Positions 39,101-49,369 of a stretch of 64,000 nucleotides of DNA are shown piece by piece. The first letter of the stretch is position 1, and every line of letters begins with the position of its first letter. The notes under the pieces were generated by a model that saw only the letters and a program-made list of their open reading frames with translations, did not search any database and was not told the origin of the DNA. The position numbers and the translations under genes were made by a program. The stretch comes from Mustelus asterias (Eukaryota), in contig NC_135827.1 of the NCBI RefSeq assembly GCF_964213995.1, positions 3,906,001 through 3,970,000 on the forward strand. The letters run 5' to 3'.

Positions 39101-40181
39101 GCTGAAATCTATTAAAATAATTTATTGCATTTCTCTTTCTACCCAAGATTAACTCGATTATGGAAAATATTTGCTTGAATTAAATACGTTAAATATCCGT
39201 TTTCAGTGGTTGAACCTCGCTGAGAAACTTTATATCATGTTTTGAAAATTCCAAACTGAGATTACAATTGTGTGTGTATCTTAGATGGGGAGCTTGAATC
39301 ACCTTCTACTTTCTGTTTGTCCTGACCAATACCTCGGAATCTTTCCGAATAAAACTGAAGCAAAAAAACATTCATCCTTGGGGGTTGGGGGGAATTTGGG
39401 AAGTTTAAGGAGTCACGAACGAGTTGACTTTTTGGGTGCACGCCCATTAATTATGCAATTGTAAGACTGTACACTCTCGGCGTGTTTACAGTGAAATGAT
39501 TAAGCCCTGGCCATTTCTTAAGTCCTGTTTGTGTATTGCTTCTTGTAGTCTGGCTACTAATTATTTAAACCCGTGACCTCGCCTCTTTTTGGCCAGCGTA
39601 CAAAACCTCAGCCAGCAAATGTGAACAACGCCCCCTTCTAGCTCCATTTGACTTTTCCACATTTAAATAATTTTTTTGAAAGGCCACAGTTTGCTTTGGA
39701 GAGCTGCGGCACATTCCATGCCTTCATTTATACAGCTGACCTTCAACTTTCTTTTTGGGAGTTAAACAAACTTAAACATTCACAAATAGTCATGCGTAGA
39801 TACTTTAAATACTGGCCCGACAACAAGCTCAGTGTACGGAGAGGAGGTGCAGTAATTTAGAGTTAAATTAGGGACTGCTGGTCTGGTGTCTGATTTCTAA
39901 GTTATACCATCATACAACACAGAAGGAGGCCATTTAGTCCACCGTATCTGTGTGGATGTTTAAACGAGTTATCCAACTAGTTCCACCTCCCTACTGTTTC
40001 CTCATAGTCTTGCACATTTTCCCCTTTTCGAGTTTATATCCAATTCCCTTTTGGGATTAATGATAGAATCTACTTCGGGCAGTGCAACCCAGATCATGAT
40101 TACGAGCTATGTAAATGAATATTATCATCTCCCTCTATCTGAACACCACTCTTGCCGACCCCTCCTGTGTCTCTAAATCAT

Positions 40182-40337
40182 AGTAAGAAGTTTAACAACA
40201 CCAGGTTAAAGTCCAACAGGTTTATTTGGTAGCAAAAGCCACACTTTTGCTACCAAATAAACCTGTTGGACTTTAACCTGGTGTTGTTAAACTTCTTACT
40301 GTGTTTACCCCAGTCCAACGCCGGCATCTCCTCATCA
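40182..40337 (+). mobile_element. Mini Penelope fold-back insertion forming a perfect 57-bp hairpin
   Basis: Arms 40182-40238 and 40244-40300 with loop ccaca, then a 37-38-nt tail. TSD tctctaaatcat at 40170-40181 and 40338-40349. Confidence 0.92.
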
Positions 40338-40464
40338 TCTCTAAATCATCAGACAGCTTGTGCAACATCTAGTATTGGGGCAACAAAAATGTCTGCCTAT
40401 CAAGCGTTGGGAAGAATGAAACCATTACTTTCAGTCCCCGCTAGAAACTCTGCTCCACATATAT

Positions 40465-40560
40465 ATAAAAACAAAATACTGTGGATGCTGGAATCTGAAA
40501 CAAAAACAGAAAATGCTGAAAATTTTCAGCAGATCTGACAGCATGTGTGGAGAGAGAATA
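40465..40560 (-). mobile_element. 3' fragment of the same family as 41669-41810, abutting the Penelope fragment
   Basis: aaaatactgtggatgctggaatctgaaacaaaaacagaaaatgctg is the reverse complement of about 41740-41800. Confidence 0.65.
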
Positions 40561-41282
40561 GATCTGGAGATGCCGGCGTTGGACTGGGGTAAACACAGTA
40601 AGAAGTCTCACAACACCAAGTTAAAGTCCAACAGGTATATTTGGTAGCAAAAGCCACTAGCTTTCGGAGCACTGCTCCTTCGTCAGGTGAGTGGGAGTTC
40701 TATTCACAAACAGGGCATATAAAGACACAAACTCAATTTACAAAATAATGGTTGGAATGCGAGTCTTTACAGGTAATCAAGTCTTAAAGGTACAGACAAT
40801 GTGAGTGGAGAGAGGGTTAAGCACAGGTTAAAGAGATGTGTATTGTCTCCAGCCGGGACAGTTAGTGAGATTTTGCAAGCCCAGGCACGTCATGGGGGTT
40901 ACAGATAGTGTGCCATGAACCCAAGATCCCGGTTGAGGCCGTCCTCATGTGTGCGGAACTTGGCAATCAGTCTCTGCTCAGCGACTCTGCGTTGTCGTGT
41001 GTCGTGAAGGCCGCCTTGGAGAACGCTTACCTGAAGATCAGAGGCCGAATGCCCGTGACCGCTGAAGTGTTCCCCAACAGGAAGAGAACACTCTTGCCTG
41101 GTGATTGTTGAGCGGTGTTCATTCATCCGTTGTCGTAGCATCTGCATGGTCTCCCCAATGTACCATGCCTCGGGACATCCTTTCCTGCAGCGTATCAGGT
41201 AGACAATGTTGGGTGAGTTGCAAGAGTATGTACCGTGTACCTGGTGGATGGTGTTCTCACGTGAGATGATGGCATCCGTGTC
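40561..41282 (-). mobile_element. Penelope-like element 3' fragment (GIY-YIG end and terminal repeat)
   Basis: Colinear with 11251-11968. ORF 40899-41147 reads MQMLRQRMNEHRSTI..VGEHFS..GLNRDLGF. Confidence 0.92.
40654..40690 (-). ncRNA. Minimal type I hammerhead ribozyme, apparently intact
   Basis: Minus strand reads UCAC-CUGACGA-A-GGAGC-AGU-GCUCC-GAAA-GC-UA-GUGG: conserved CUGANGA/GAAA core, 5-bp helix II, palindromic AGCU helix III, CUA cleavage triplet. Confidence 0.75.
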
Positions 41283-41668
41283 TGTAATGTACGGATTACA
41301 TTAATAATGGAGAGATTGGAACACTGGACAGATATTAGGGAAGATCGCCAAAATCTTGCTCCAAGAGGTAAGTTTTAAGGATTATCATAAAGAAGAAAAG
41401 AGAGATGCATTATTCCAGAGTTTAGCAGACAAATTGCTCATGCTTAAATCAGCCTGTGTAGAGATTGGAAGATATTATGGTCTTGTTTAAGAGTTTATGT
41501 AATATCTATTCTCCTGCTGCCAGGAAGAAACCAACATAGTATTTGAGGGAGGGAAATTCTCCTGTTGCTGTGATCTGGGTATTCACCCTTTGTATATTGC
41601 TGAATTTAAAAAGAAAGAACATCTATTTTTAGTCTTTTTCATAAAATATATTTTTCATTTATATTCTT

Positions 41669-41810
41669 CAGGGCTCTGAAGAAGAGTCATACAGACTTGA
41701 ACCATTGATTCTGTTTCTCTCTCCGCCAATGCTGCCAGACCTGCTGAATATTCCCAGTTTTTTGTTTTTATTTCAGATTTCCAACTTCCGCAATATTTTA
41801 CTTTTATTAC
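41669..41810 (+). mobile_element. Second Penelope-type terminal-repeat family with degenerate hammerhead (41669-41713)
   Basis: cagggct-CUGAAGA-A-GAGUC-auaca-GACUU-GAAC-CA-UU-gauucug. The 3' part matches an inverted copy at about 40465-40560. Confidence 0.6.
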
Positions 41811-42209
41811 ACGCATTTCTGTAACTCATTTCAGTACTCTCCAGTGCATAGCAAAGCCAATGGAGTCTTCTTGAAATGTAATCACTGTTGTAATGTAGGA
41901 AGTGCGCCAGCCAATTTGTACACAGCAAGGTCTCATAATCATGAATGAGATAAATGAGCGGGTAATCTGTTTTCGTCATTTGCAATATCACAATTCACAT
42001 ATAATTTGATAACCTACTGGGTCCTGAAGCTAGCCTGTTAATCTCGTTTGGCATTTGTCCAACTCCAGAGTAAACAGGCTGCAGCATTGACGAGGCTGGA
42101 AACTTACATTGAGCACTAGCCCCGAAAATTCTGTTGGTAAGCTAAAACCGAGTCGGTCCAGGATTGATAAATTGTTGGCTCACTCAACTCAATCGCTTGT
42201 CTCTTTTAG

Positions 42210-42272
42210 ATCCTTCGTATGATACTGGTAGGAGATCTGGATGGGCCAATAATATGAACAATGTGACAAAAA
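42210..42272 (+). CDS. FLI1: FLI1 internal coding exon (equivalent to human exon 6), 63 nt
   Basis: ctcttttag|AT...AAA|gtaagt. Translates (D)PSYDTGRRSGWANNMNNVTK, similar to human [22 protein letters not shown]. Confidence 0.93.
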
Positions 42273-42504
42273 GTAAGTACCTTTAAATATTTAAAAACAG
42301 TCGAACAATGAGGATTCAGAATCAGTGTCAATAGAACAGGACATCAACAAGTTTGAATAAAAGTGAAGAGCTGATTTTCTGAATGCATAAGAGTGGTAGG
42401 GGTTCCACAGCTATTGGGAAATCCTAGAGGTGACCTGATAGTGTTGCGGTATGTGCCTCTTTTAGGGCAAACCAAATAAACCTACTCGAATGAACTCAGG
42501 GACA

Positions 42505-42935
42505 AAGTAAAAGGGGCAGCTCCCCAAAAGGAGTAGCACAGCCCGAACAGAAACAAAGTGCAAAGGAAACTTAAAACATCAAATCATAATGTGATTATCG
42601 GGGTCGATAATGCACCCCAGCCCCTGCGGTGCCCAACGGGCACAGAAGGAGTCAACTGCGCCCATGGACACCGCATGCTCTCTCTCCAGGGACACCTGGC
42701 TGTGAACATAGCCGCGGTAGAGGGGCAGACAGTCAGGATGGACGACCCCGTCGATCGCCCGCTGCCTGGACCTGTTAATGGCGCGTTTCGCCAGGCCCAG
42801 GAGCAGGTTCACGAGGAGGTCACCATCCCGACCCACCCCTCTCCGCACCAGGTGTCCGTAGATCAGGAGCGTGGGACTGAAGTGCAAACAAAACATCAAT
42901 AAAAGGTTCTTCAGGAAAACAAAAAGGGAGTGCAT
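42505..42935 (-). mobile_element. Tx1-clade LINE ORF2 C-terminal fragment
   Basis: FSPTLLIYG..LVNLLLGLAKRAINRSRQ..FCARW, followed by a T-rich 3' UTR. Confidence 0.75.
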
Positions 42936-44554
42936 GTGTTCTGGTATGTGTGCTGACAAGGGAGGCTCTCCATATAAAATTACAAAATGTGGTGTCAATG
43001 AGTATTGATTAAGTGAGACCAATCTAGGGCTTTACATAAGTAGAGTTTTGGACTGAGATCTTGATAAAAATGCATTGGAACTAGAGACTATGCAGCGAAT
43101 GTTTATTACAGTATAGAGCAGATACAAGGTGGAGAAAACAGGAGATTTTCCGGCTCAGTGTCCAATGCACTGGATTTAGTGGCATCATTTACATTGGAAA
43201 TTTGTGCAGGTCAGATTGCAGACTTGTCAAAATCGATGCCCGGGTGATCTAAGTGGTGTACGTCCAGGAAAATATTTTCTGTAGTATGAAGATGGTGTAT
43301 CACAGACTATGAAGAACAAGAAGGAAGGTTGAGAGGAGCAGTAATGATGTGAAAGTTTCTGAGTCATTAGGCGGACTATAACCCAACTCACTGTGGCCAG
43401 AAACATGGCGACTGGGCTCACCTAATCACATGCTAGGTCATGTGTCAGTCAGCCGTTGGTGCAAAACCTCCTACAATTAAATCGGAGGCAGGAAGGGGCG
43501 TGCAACTCCCTCACTTGCAATAGGATGTCGAGCAGGCTCATTAATGGGCCACTTGACACCATCTCGGAGATTTAATGGGAAGTGTGCAGCTTTCTGTGTC
43601 TCCTGAAGAACAAACCTTGTCGGAGTTATCGGCAGCCTTGCAGGAGGAGGGCTGGTCCCTTGTCCACGTGGACCTAATGCCGAAGGACTCGGTACTGAGA
43701 AGGGGCAGCTGCTGAAAGCAACCCCGCTATCATTGCCTCCGAGTCCCCTATCCTCCCCTTCCCGCATCCCATTCCGGCCCACATAACTCTGTCCAAGGAT
43801 GCACAACAATATATGAATGGCAGCTCTGGGGGTGCAGTAGTAGAGGGATTTCTCAAATTCCGGAAAAGCCATTTAAGCGCCAGACAGGCACTTAATTTCA
43901 TAAGTCCACCCCATGGATTTGATGCAAGGTTCCTCGTGGTTCTCCAACCGGTGGGGGGGATAGAACCCCACTCTTTCCCCCCCCCATTCAATCCCAGCCT
44001 TTAACTTTCAACTCAGACTTAAACCATAATAGTGAAAACATTCTCTAAATCTAGCTGTAGTTATTAAATACTTAGGATCACATCCAATTTACAGCTACTT
44101 TAAATTTGGTTTAATGTTGGAATTATTTAAAAAATAAGAATTTAAGAATAAAAGCCAATGAATTTGTAAAGCTTCCAAAGACAGCTGTAGCATTTTATAA
44201 CGTTGTTCTATAAACTTTCATATGCTCTCTTAACTTGTTTTTGTTTAACTGTTCCTATGCATTTGATGCAATAGGTAGCTGATACAATATTGTCTATGTT
44301 GTGCGACATTTTTTATCCTCTCACATACTGGGTGCAGATTCACAGACTTTTGCCCAACTCTCCATTCTTCAAGAGTTTAACATTAGTTTGACATTTAGTC
44401 ATGTGGGACGTTATAGTCAAGCATGATCCAGCCCATAACTACCGACAACAGGTGCTTGAAGGCCAGTTATAGCGTTCTTTCTGCTTCTAGCGGATTCATC
44501 ACAGATTGGGGACCAATCATAGGATCTCCGAGATCTATGAGGCTGTGGAATATA

Positions 44555-44785
44555 TTTTTTAAATTCGTTCAGAGGATGTGGGTGCTTATTCCCTAATTGC
44601 CCTTGAACTGAGTGGCTTACTAGGCTAGGCCATTTAAGAGTCAACCACATTGCTGTGGGTCTGGGGTCCTTCCCTTCCCTAAAGGATACTAGTGAACCAA
44701 ATGGGTTTTTATTTTTCTTTCGCCATCAGCCATGGTGGGATTTGAAACCAGGTCCCCAGAGCATTACCACTACGCCACTGCCTCT
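44555..44785 (-). mobile_element. Second SINE family copy with internal deletions
   Basis: ccctaattgcccttgaactgagtggc...gagtcaaccacattgctgtgggtctgg...ccttccctaaaggatactagtgaacca. Confidence 0.75.
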
Positions 44786-45145
44786 CCGTGTGTCAGTGCA
44801 TTTATTTCTGAGCCATAAAGATGGCTGTGCCATTCCAGATGTTAGTGGTTGATAAGCACATGGGTGACAAAGGGCAGTGAAATGGTCAGTTTATTCTGTG
44901 AACACGATTGGAACAATGTTTTTCAAAGGTGGGATGATAAAAGGCTGTTCAGGCCGCCCACTCTTAAGAAATGCCAACCCTACCACTTTCCTAGTATAGT
45001 AACCAGCTGTTATTTTTCGATTGAATCCAGTCTCCTGGCCATTTGCACCCTTCCTTGTGACCCATTGCAAATGTTGCTCGCCCTCCGTGCAAATAAGTAC
45101 TTTTATGAATAGTTGTATGAAATGGTTTATGAATCCATTTTCCAG

Positions 45146-45205
45146 CTTCTCCTGGAGCAACGCAGAGTGTGAATAAGAATACAGAACAGCCTCGACCCCA
45201 ACCAG
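45146..45205 (+). CDS. FLI1: FLI1 internal coding exon (equivalent to human exon 7), 60 nt
   Basis: ttttccag|CT...CAG|gtaata. Translates (T)SPGATQSVNKNTEQPRPQP(D), similar to human GAQTISKNTEQRPQPD. Confidence 0.92.
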
Positions 45206-46259
45206 GTAATAACAAGGAGTAAAGGAAAGATTGTGGCGGATTTGCAGATCGCTGTATAGATATAGCAATGGAAAAAAATAGGGACGAGATGTAAGCGAAA
45301 GTAGAATATTCATTCCACGGCTTCTTCCTTTATTTCCACTTTCATCCCACACCTCTCAAACGTTTTGACTTTCGCTGGGTACAAATCCAAGGCATTAATT
45401 TTGCACTCTGTGCAGGTGGCCTAAACAGTATGTATTGCAAGATGACTTGAGCAACTGACCCTGACTGATTCTCACCAGCCCTTTTTCCAACAGGAATCAT
45501 TGGAGTTCTGAGCAGAAACGGAGTCACCAATTCATGAGAACAGTTATTGTCCCACCCACCCCCCAATCAGCTTGACTGAGAAGAGAGCGGTGGAAGATTA
45601 TGGGCCTTTGCCCGCAATCTTCATGGAGCTGCTCCCTCTCTGCCGCCGTAACTTTGCTGGAAAATTGTCGGAAATCCGACCTTGGTGACAGGCCGGAGTG
45701 GCGGACATGGAATAGTTCCGAACCCGTGGCCAATGACTTGTTGCTAACAATGAGCCTGTTCTCTCACTCATTTCCCAAGCTTTGTTTTAATTCGGACGCA
45801 TTGATCAAAAAGATGTAACGTGTTTTCAATTTTAATGGTGAAGGGATAAAATATCTAAAACTGAGAAGATGGCTCTGTTCCCATGGAACCAGGCTTGTTC
45901 CATGCAGGCGTTTGGATGTTGTAATATAAAACCAACTGTTTGTGTGCCTGGTGTCCCAGTGTTCAAAACTACTCGCAACCTCTTCCAAAAGTAAACTGGT
46001 CAGCTTCCAAACTGACACTCTCTCGGCAGCATCAGTGTCTCTCTGGTGTAATCGCCATTCTCTCAGGAAATGTGTGCACGGCAAGAAGCAGAGGCCAGAG
46101 TGAGTTAGGGAATGGCTCAGATACAAGGCAATTTTGACATATTTCTATTTAGATGAATGCTTTTTATAGAATTCGATTTGAACTTCCTTTTAATTTAAAT
46201 CCATTTTTATTTAGTTTTCCATTCTGGTGAATACTGAGGAGAGTGCTTCTGTATTTCAG

Positions 46260-46307
46260 ATCCTTATCAAATTCTAGGACCAACCAGCAGCCGGTTAGCC
46301 AATCCAG
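46260..46307 (+). CDS. FLI1: FLI1 internal coding exon (equivalent to human exon 8), 48 nt
   Basis: gtatttcag|AT...CAG|gtaaga. Translates (D)PYQILGPTSSRLANP(G), the highly conserved FLI1/ERG pre-ETS peptide. Confidence 0.97.
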
Positions 46308-46957
46308 GTAAGATGAATCGATAGCGGACAATACTCTGCAAAACATATATAGAATATTATAATCTGTGTTCACTATTTGTATTGAAATTTATATTTAAAA
46401 ACTAATTGGTAGTATCATCAGAGACAATGACCACTGGACATTCGCCCTTTAACTGAAAAGGCACAGGCTGATCTACCTGTATTTTACTTTCGGCTATCTC
46501 TGATCTGCAATTTATATCAAAACAATCGCCAGAAAAATCAACTGCTTGGCAAAAGAACAAAGTACTTTTCAGTTCCTCTTTCCAATCATATGCAGAAAAC
46601 ATTTACAGAAAATGGTTTTACAGATGTTTAATAACAGGGCAAGGTATTTTAAAAACTGAAAGGATATATTGTGCTCCACCAAATGTGTTGAGTTATAATC
46701 TCTCATTCCTTTTATTCAGAGCTGTACAATGTAATGAATTATAGTGTGGTGCAGTTTTGTATTGTGCCAGAGAGTATATAGTGCATGTTATAGTGCAGCA
46801 TATTGGAGTGTGGATTTGTAATAGATTGGTGTGGTACAGTATGTTGTGGTGAGCTGCCAAATAGGATCAAGGAATCCAAAACAAAGGAGATGAGCTTTTG
46901 ATCTGTAATGTCTGTGCTGGATATTTGAATTTGTCTAATTTCCCCGCTCTTCCCTTA

Positions 46958-47275
46958 CACTTCAGTGCAGTGCTGAGGGAAGGCTGCATTTTTGGCAGTG
47001 CTGTCTTTTGGATTAGACGTTGAACTGAGGCGGTGTATGCTTCCTCAGATGGATGGTGCTATTTTGAAGACAAGCCAGACAGTTATCCCCTGGTGTCCAA
47101 GGCAATATTTATCCCTCAATCAACATCACCAGAGCATTATCACATTGCTGTTTGTGCGAGTTTGCTGGCTATGTTTCTTAAATTGCAACAGCAACTATAT
47201 TTCAAAACAATTGGACAGAAGTGTTTTGGGAAGTCCTGAGGTTGTGAAAGGTGCTATATAAATACCAGTCCTTTT
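46958..47275 (+). mobile_element. DeuSINE-like (SacSINE1/AmnSINE1-type) element
   Basis: Deu-domain-like core (cagtgctgagggaaggctgc..gacgttgaactgagg..ggcaatatttatccctcaatcaacatcac) and an L2-type tail. Weaker relatives at about 6860-7090(+), 24900-25080(+), 37095-37380(-) and 41800-41975(-). Confidence 0.7.
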
Positions 47276-47794
47276 TCATAATAGCCCTGAAAATATTTCC
47301 ATTTCCGGTATCTATACAATTTGCTTTTGAAAGTTACTACTAAATCTGCACCCATGATACTTTCAGGTAATGAATTCCAGATCATAACACCTCACTATAT
47401 TCCAAAACAATCTCCTCATCTCCCCCGGATTATTTGCTATTATCTTCAATCTGTGTCCTTTGATGAGAGACACTACTGTCAATGAAAACTGTTCCTTCCT
47501 ATCTACTCACCAACACCTTTCATAATTTTGAAGACATCTATTCCCTTAATCTTCTTTGTTCTAAGAATCCCAGCTTGCCTTTCTCTCCATATAACTGAAG
47601 ACTTTCTCTTCCCTGATACTATTTCTAGTAAATGAACTCTTCATCCTTTTCAAGGCTTCACATCCGCCATAAAGTGTGGTAAGCAGAATTGGGCACCATA
47701 CTCTAGTGAGGTGCAGTAATTTAGTGTAGTGCTATTTACTATGTGGTTAGTATTACAGGATGGTGTTGGTTTTCACAGTGCAGCAGTTTATCAG

Positions 47795-48500
47795 TTACTT
47801 CCACCTCCATAAACATGAAACATCTCTGCCACTGTCTCTGCAAACCTGCTATTGAAATCCCCATCCATGTGTCTGTTACCTTTAGATTCAACTATCTTAC
47901 AATGCTTTCCTGACCAACCTTCCACTTGGCGTCCTCCATAAACTTGCGCTCATCCAAAAATCTCCTGCCTGAATTCTAGTGTTCATCCAATACCCTTTAC
48001 CTATCAACCCATTAATCAGTGACCTACATTGCCATCTCAATTCTAAACTTCTTATGTTTGTTTTCAATTCATAGAAATCATAGAAACCCTACAGTGCAGA
48101 AAGAGGCCATCTGGCCCATCGAGTCTGCACCGACCACAATCCCACCCAGGCCCTGCCCCCATATCCCTACACATTTACCTGCTAATCCCTCTAACCTACA
48201 CATCTCAGGACACTAAGGGGCAATTTTAGCATGGCCAATCAGCCTAACCCACACATCTTTGGACTTCCATCATTTACCTTCCTCTGTACACTCCTCCAGT
48301 CCTGCAACCCTCTAAGACTTAGCACCCCTCCAATTCTAATTTTTAGTGTATCTCTAATTTTCTACACTCCAGCTTTGGCTGCTGTGCCTTCAGTTGAGTA
48401 GTTCCAAACCTGTGAAATTCCCTCCCTAAACCTCTCAACAGTTCTACCTCTCTTCCTTTTCTATGCTCCTTAAAATCTACCTATTTGACCAAGCTTGTGA
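47795..48500 (+). mobile_element. Old L2-type LINE 3' fragment split by a V-SINE
   Basis: gaaatccccatccatgtgtctgttacctttagattcaactat..ctccttaaaatctacctatttgaccaagctt. Confidence 0.65.
48069..48264 (-). mobile_element. V-SINE 3' half, inserted in an L2 fragment
   Basis: catagaaatcatagaaaccctacagtgcaga...acatctttggac. Confidence 0.87.
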
Positions 48501-49369
48501 CATCAGATGTGCTTCATAATATCTACTGTGAAATATCATGCGATCCACATGCAGCTTTGGGCTTGAGCGAGTAAGTGGCAGGTAACATTGCAATATACAT
48601 GTATCAGGCAAGGGCCATTTACAACAAGAGAGAATCTAACCATCTACCCTTGATGTTCAACAGTATTATCATTGCTGAATTCCCCCACCGTCAACACCCT
48701 GAGGTTTGACAGAAACTTAACTGGTCAAAACGTATAAATATTAATAGGTACAAGTGCCAGTCAGAGACTTGACATTGTGCAGCAAATAACTAACCTGCAA
48801 GCTCTCCAAAGCATGTCCACCATCTACAAGGCACAAATCAGGAGTAAGATGCAATAATCTCTACTTGCCTGGAGTGCACATCTAACAGCAGTCAAGATAC
48901 CAAATAGAACCAAACACTCTGCTTGATCAGCACCCCATCTATCACCTGAAATATTCACTCTTGAACCAGCAGTGGACAATGGCAATGGTGTGTGCCATTC
49001 ACAAAATGTACTGCAGCAATTTGCCAAGGCTCCTTTGGCAGAACCTTTCTAACTGGGGACCTCTGCCCTAGAAATGCAAGGGCAACATGTTCTAATCCAA
49101 ACTACTGTCCATTGACTTGGAACTACCACTGTTCCTTCACTGTCAGCGATTCAAAATTCTGGAACTCCAGCATTATCAGCACCCTGGATGTACCTAAACC
49201 ACCGTTCAGGAAGGCAACTCATCTTTACATTCCCAAGAATGTTTAGACATGGGTAATAAATGTTGGCCTTGCCGACAACCCAACATCCCATGGACCAAAA
49301 AAGTAAAAACCACAATATTAGATGTGCTAAAGAAAGACAGGTTGTTGTTCTTGATGCGTGGCATAGATT

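Noticed and set aside
34385-39900. GGAA microsatellites or a canonical FOX:ETS (AAACAGGAA) site
   Set aside because: No GGAA runs seen; the tcctgttt words near 38790 and 39523 lack the GGAA core.
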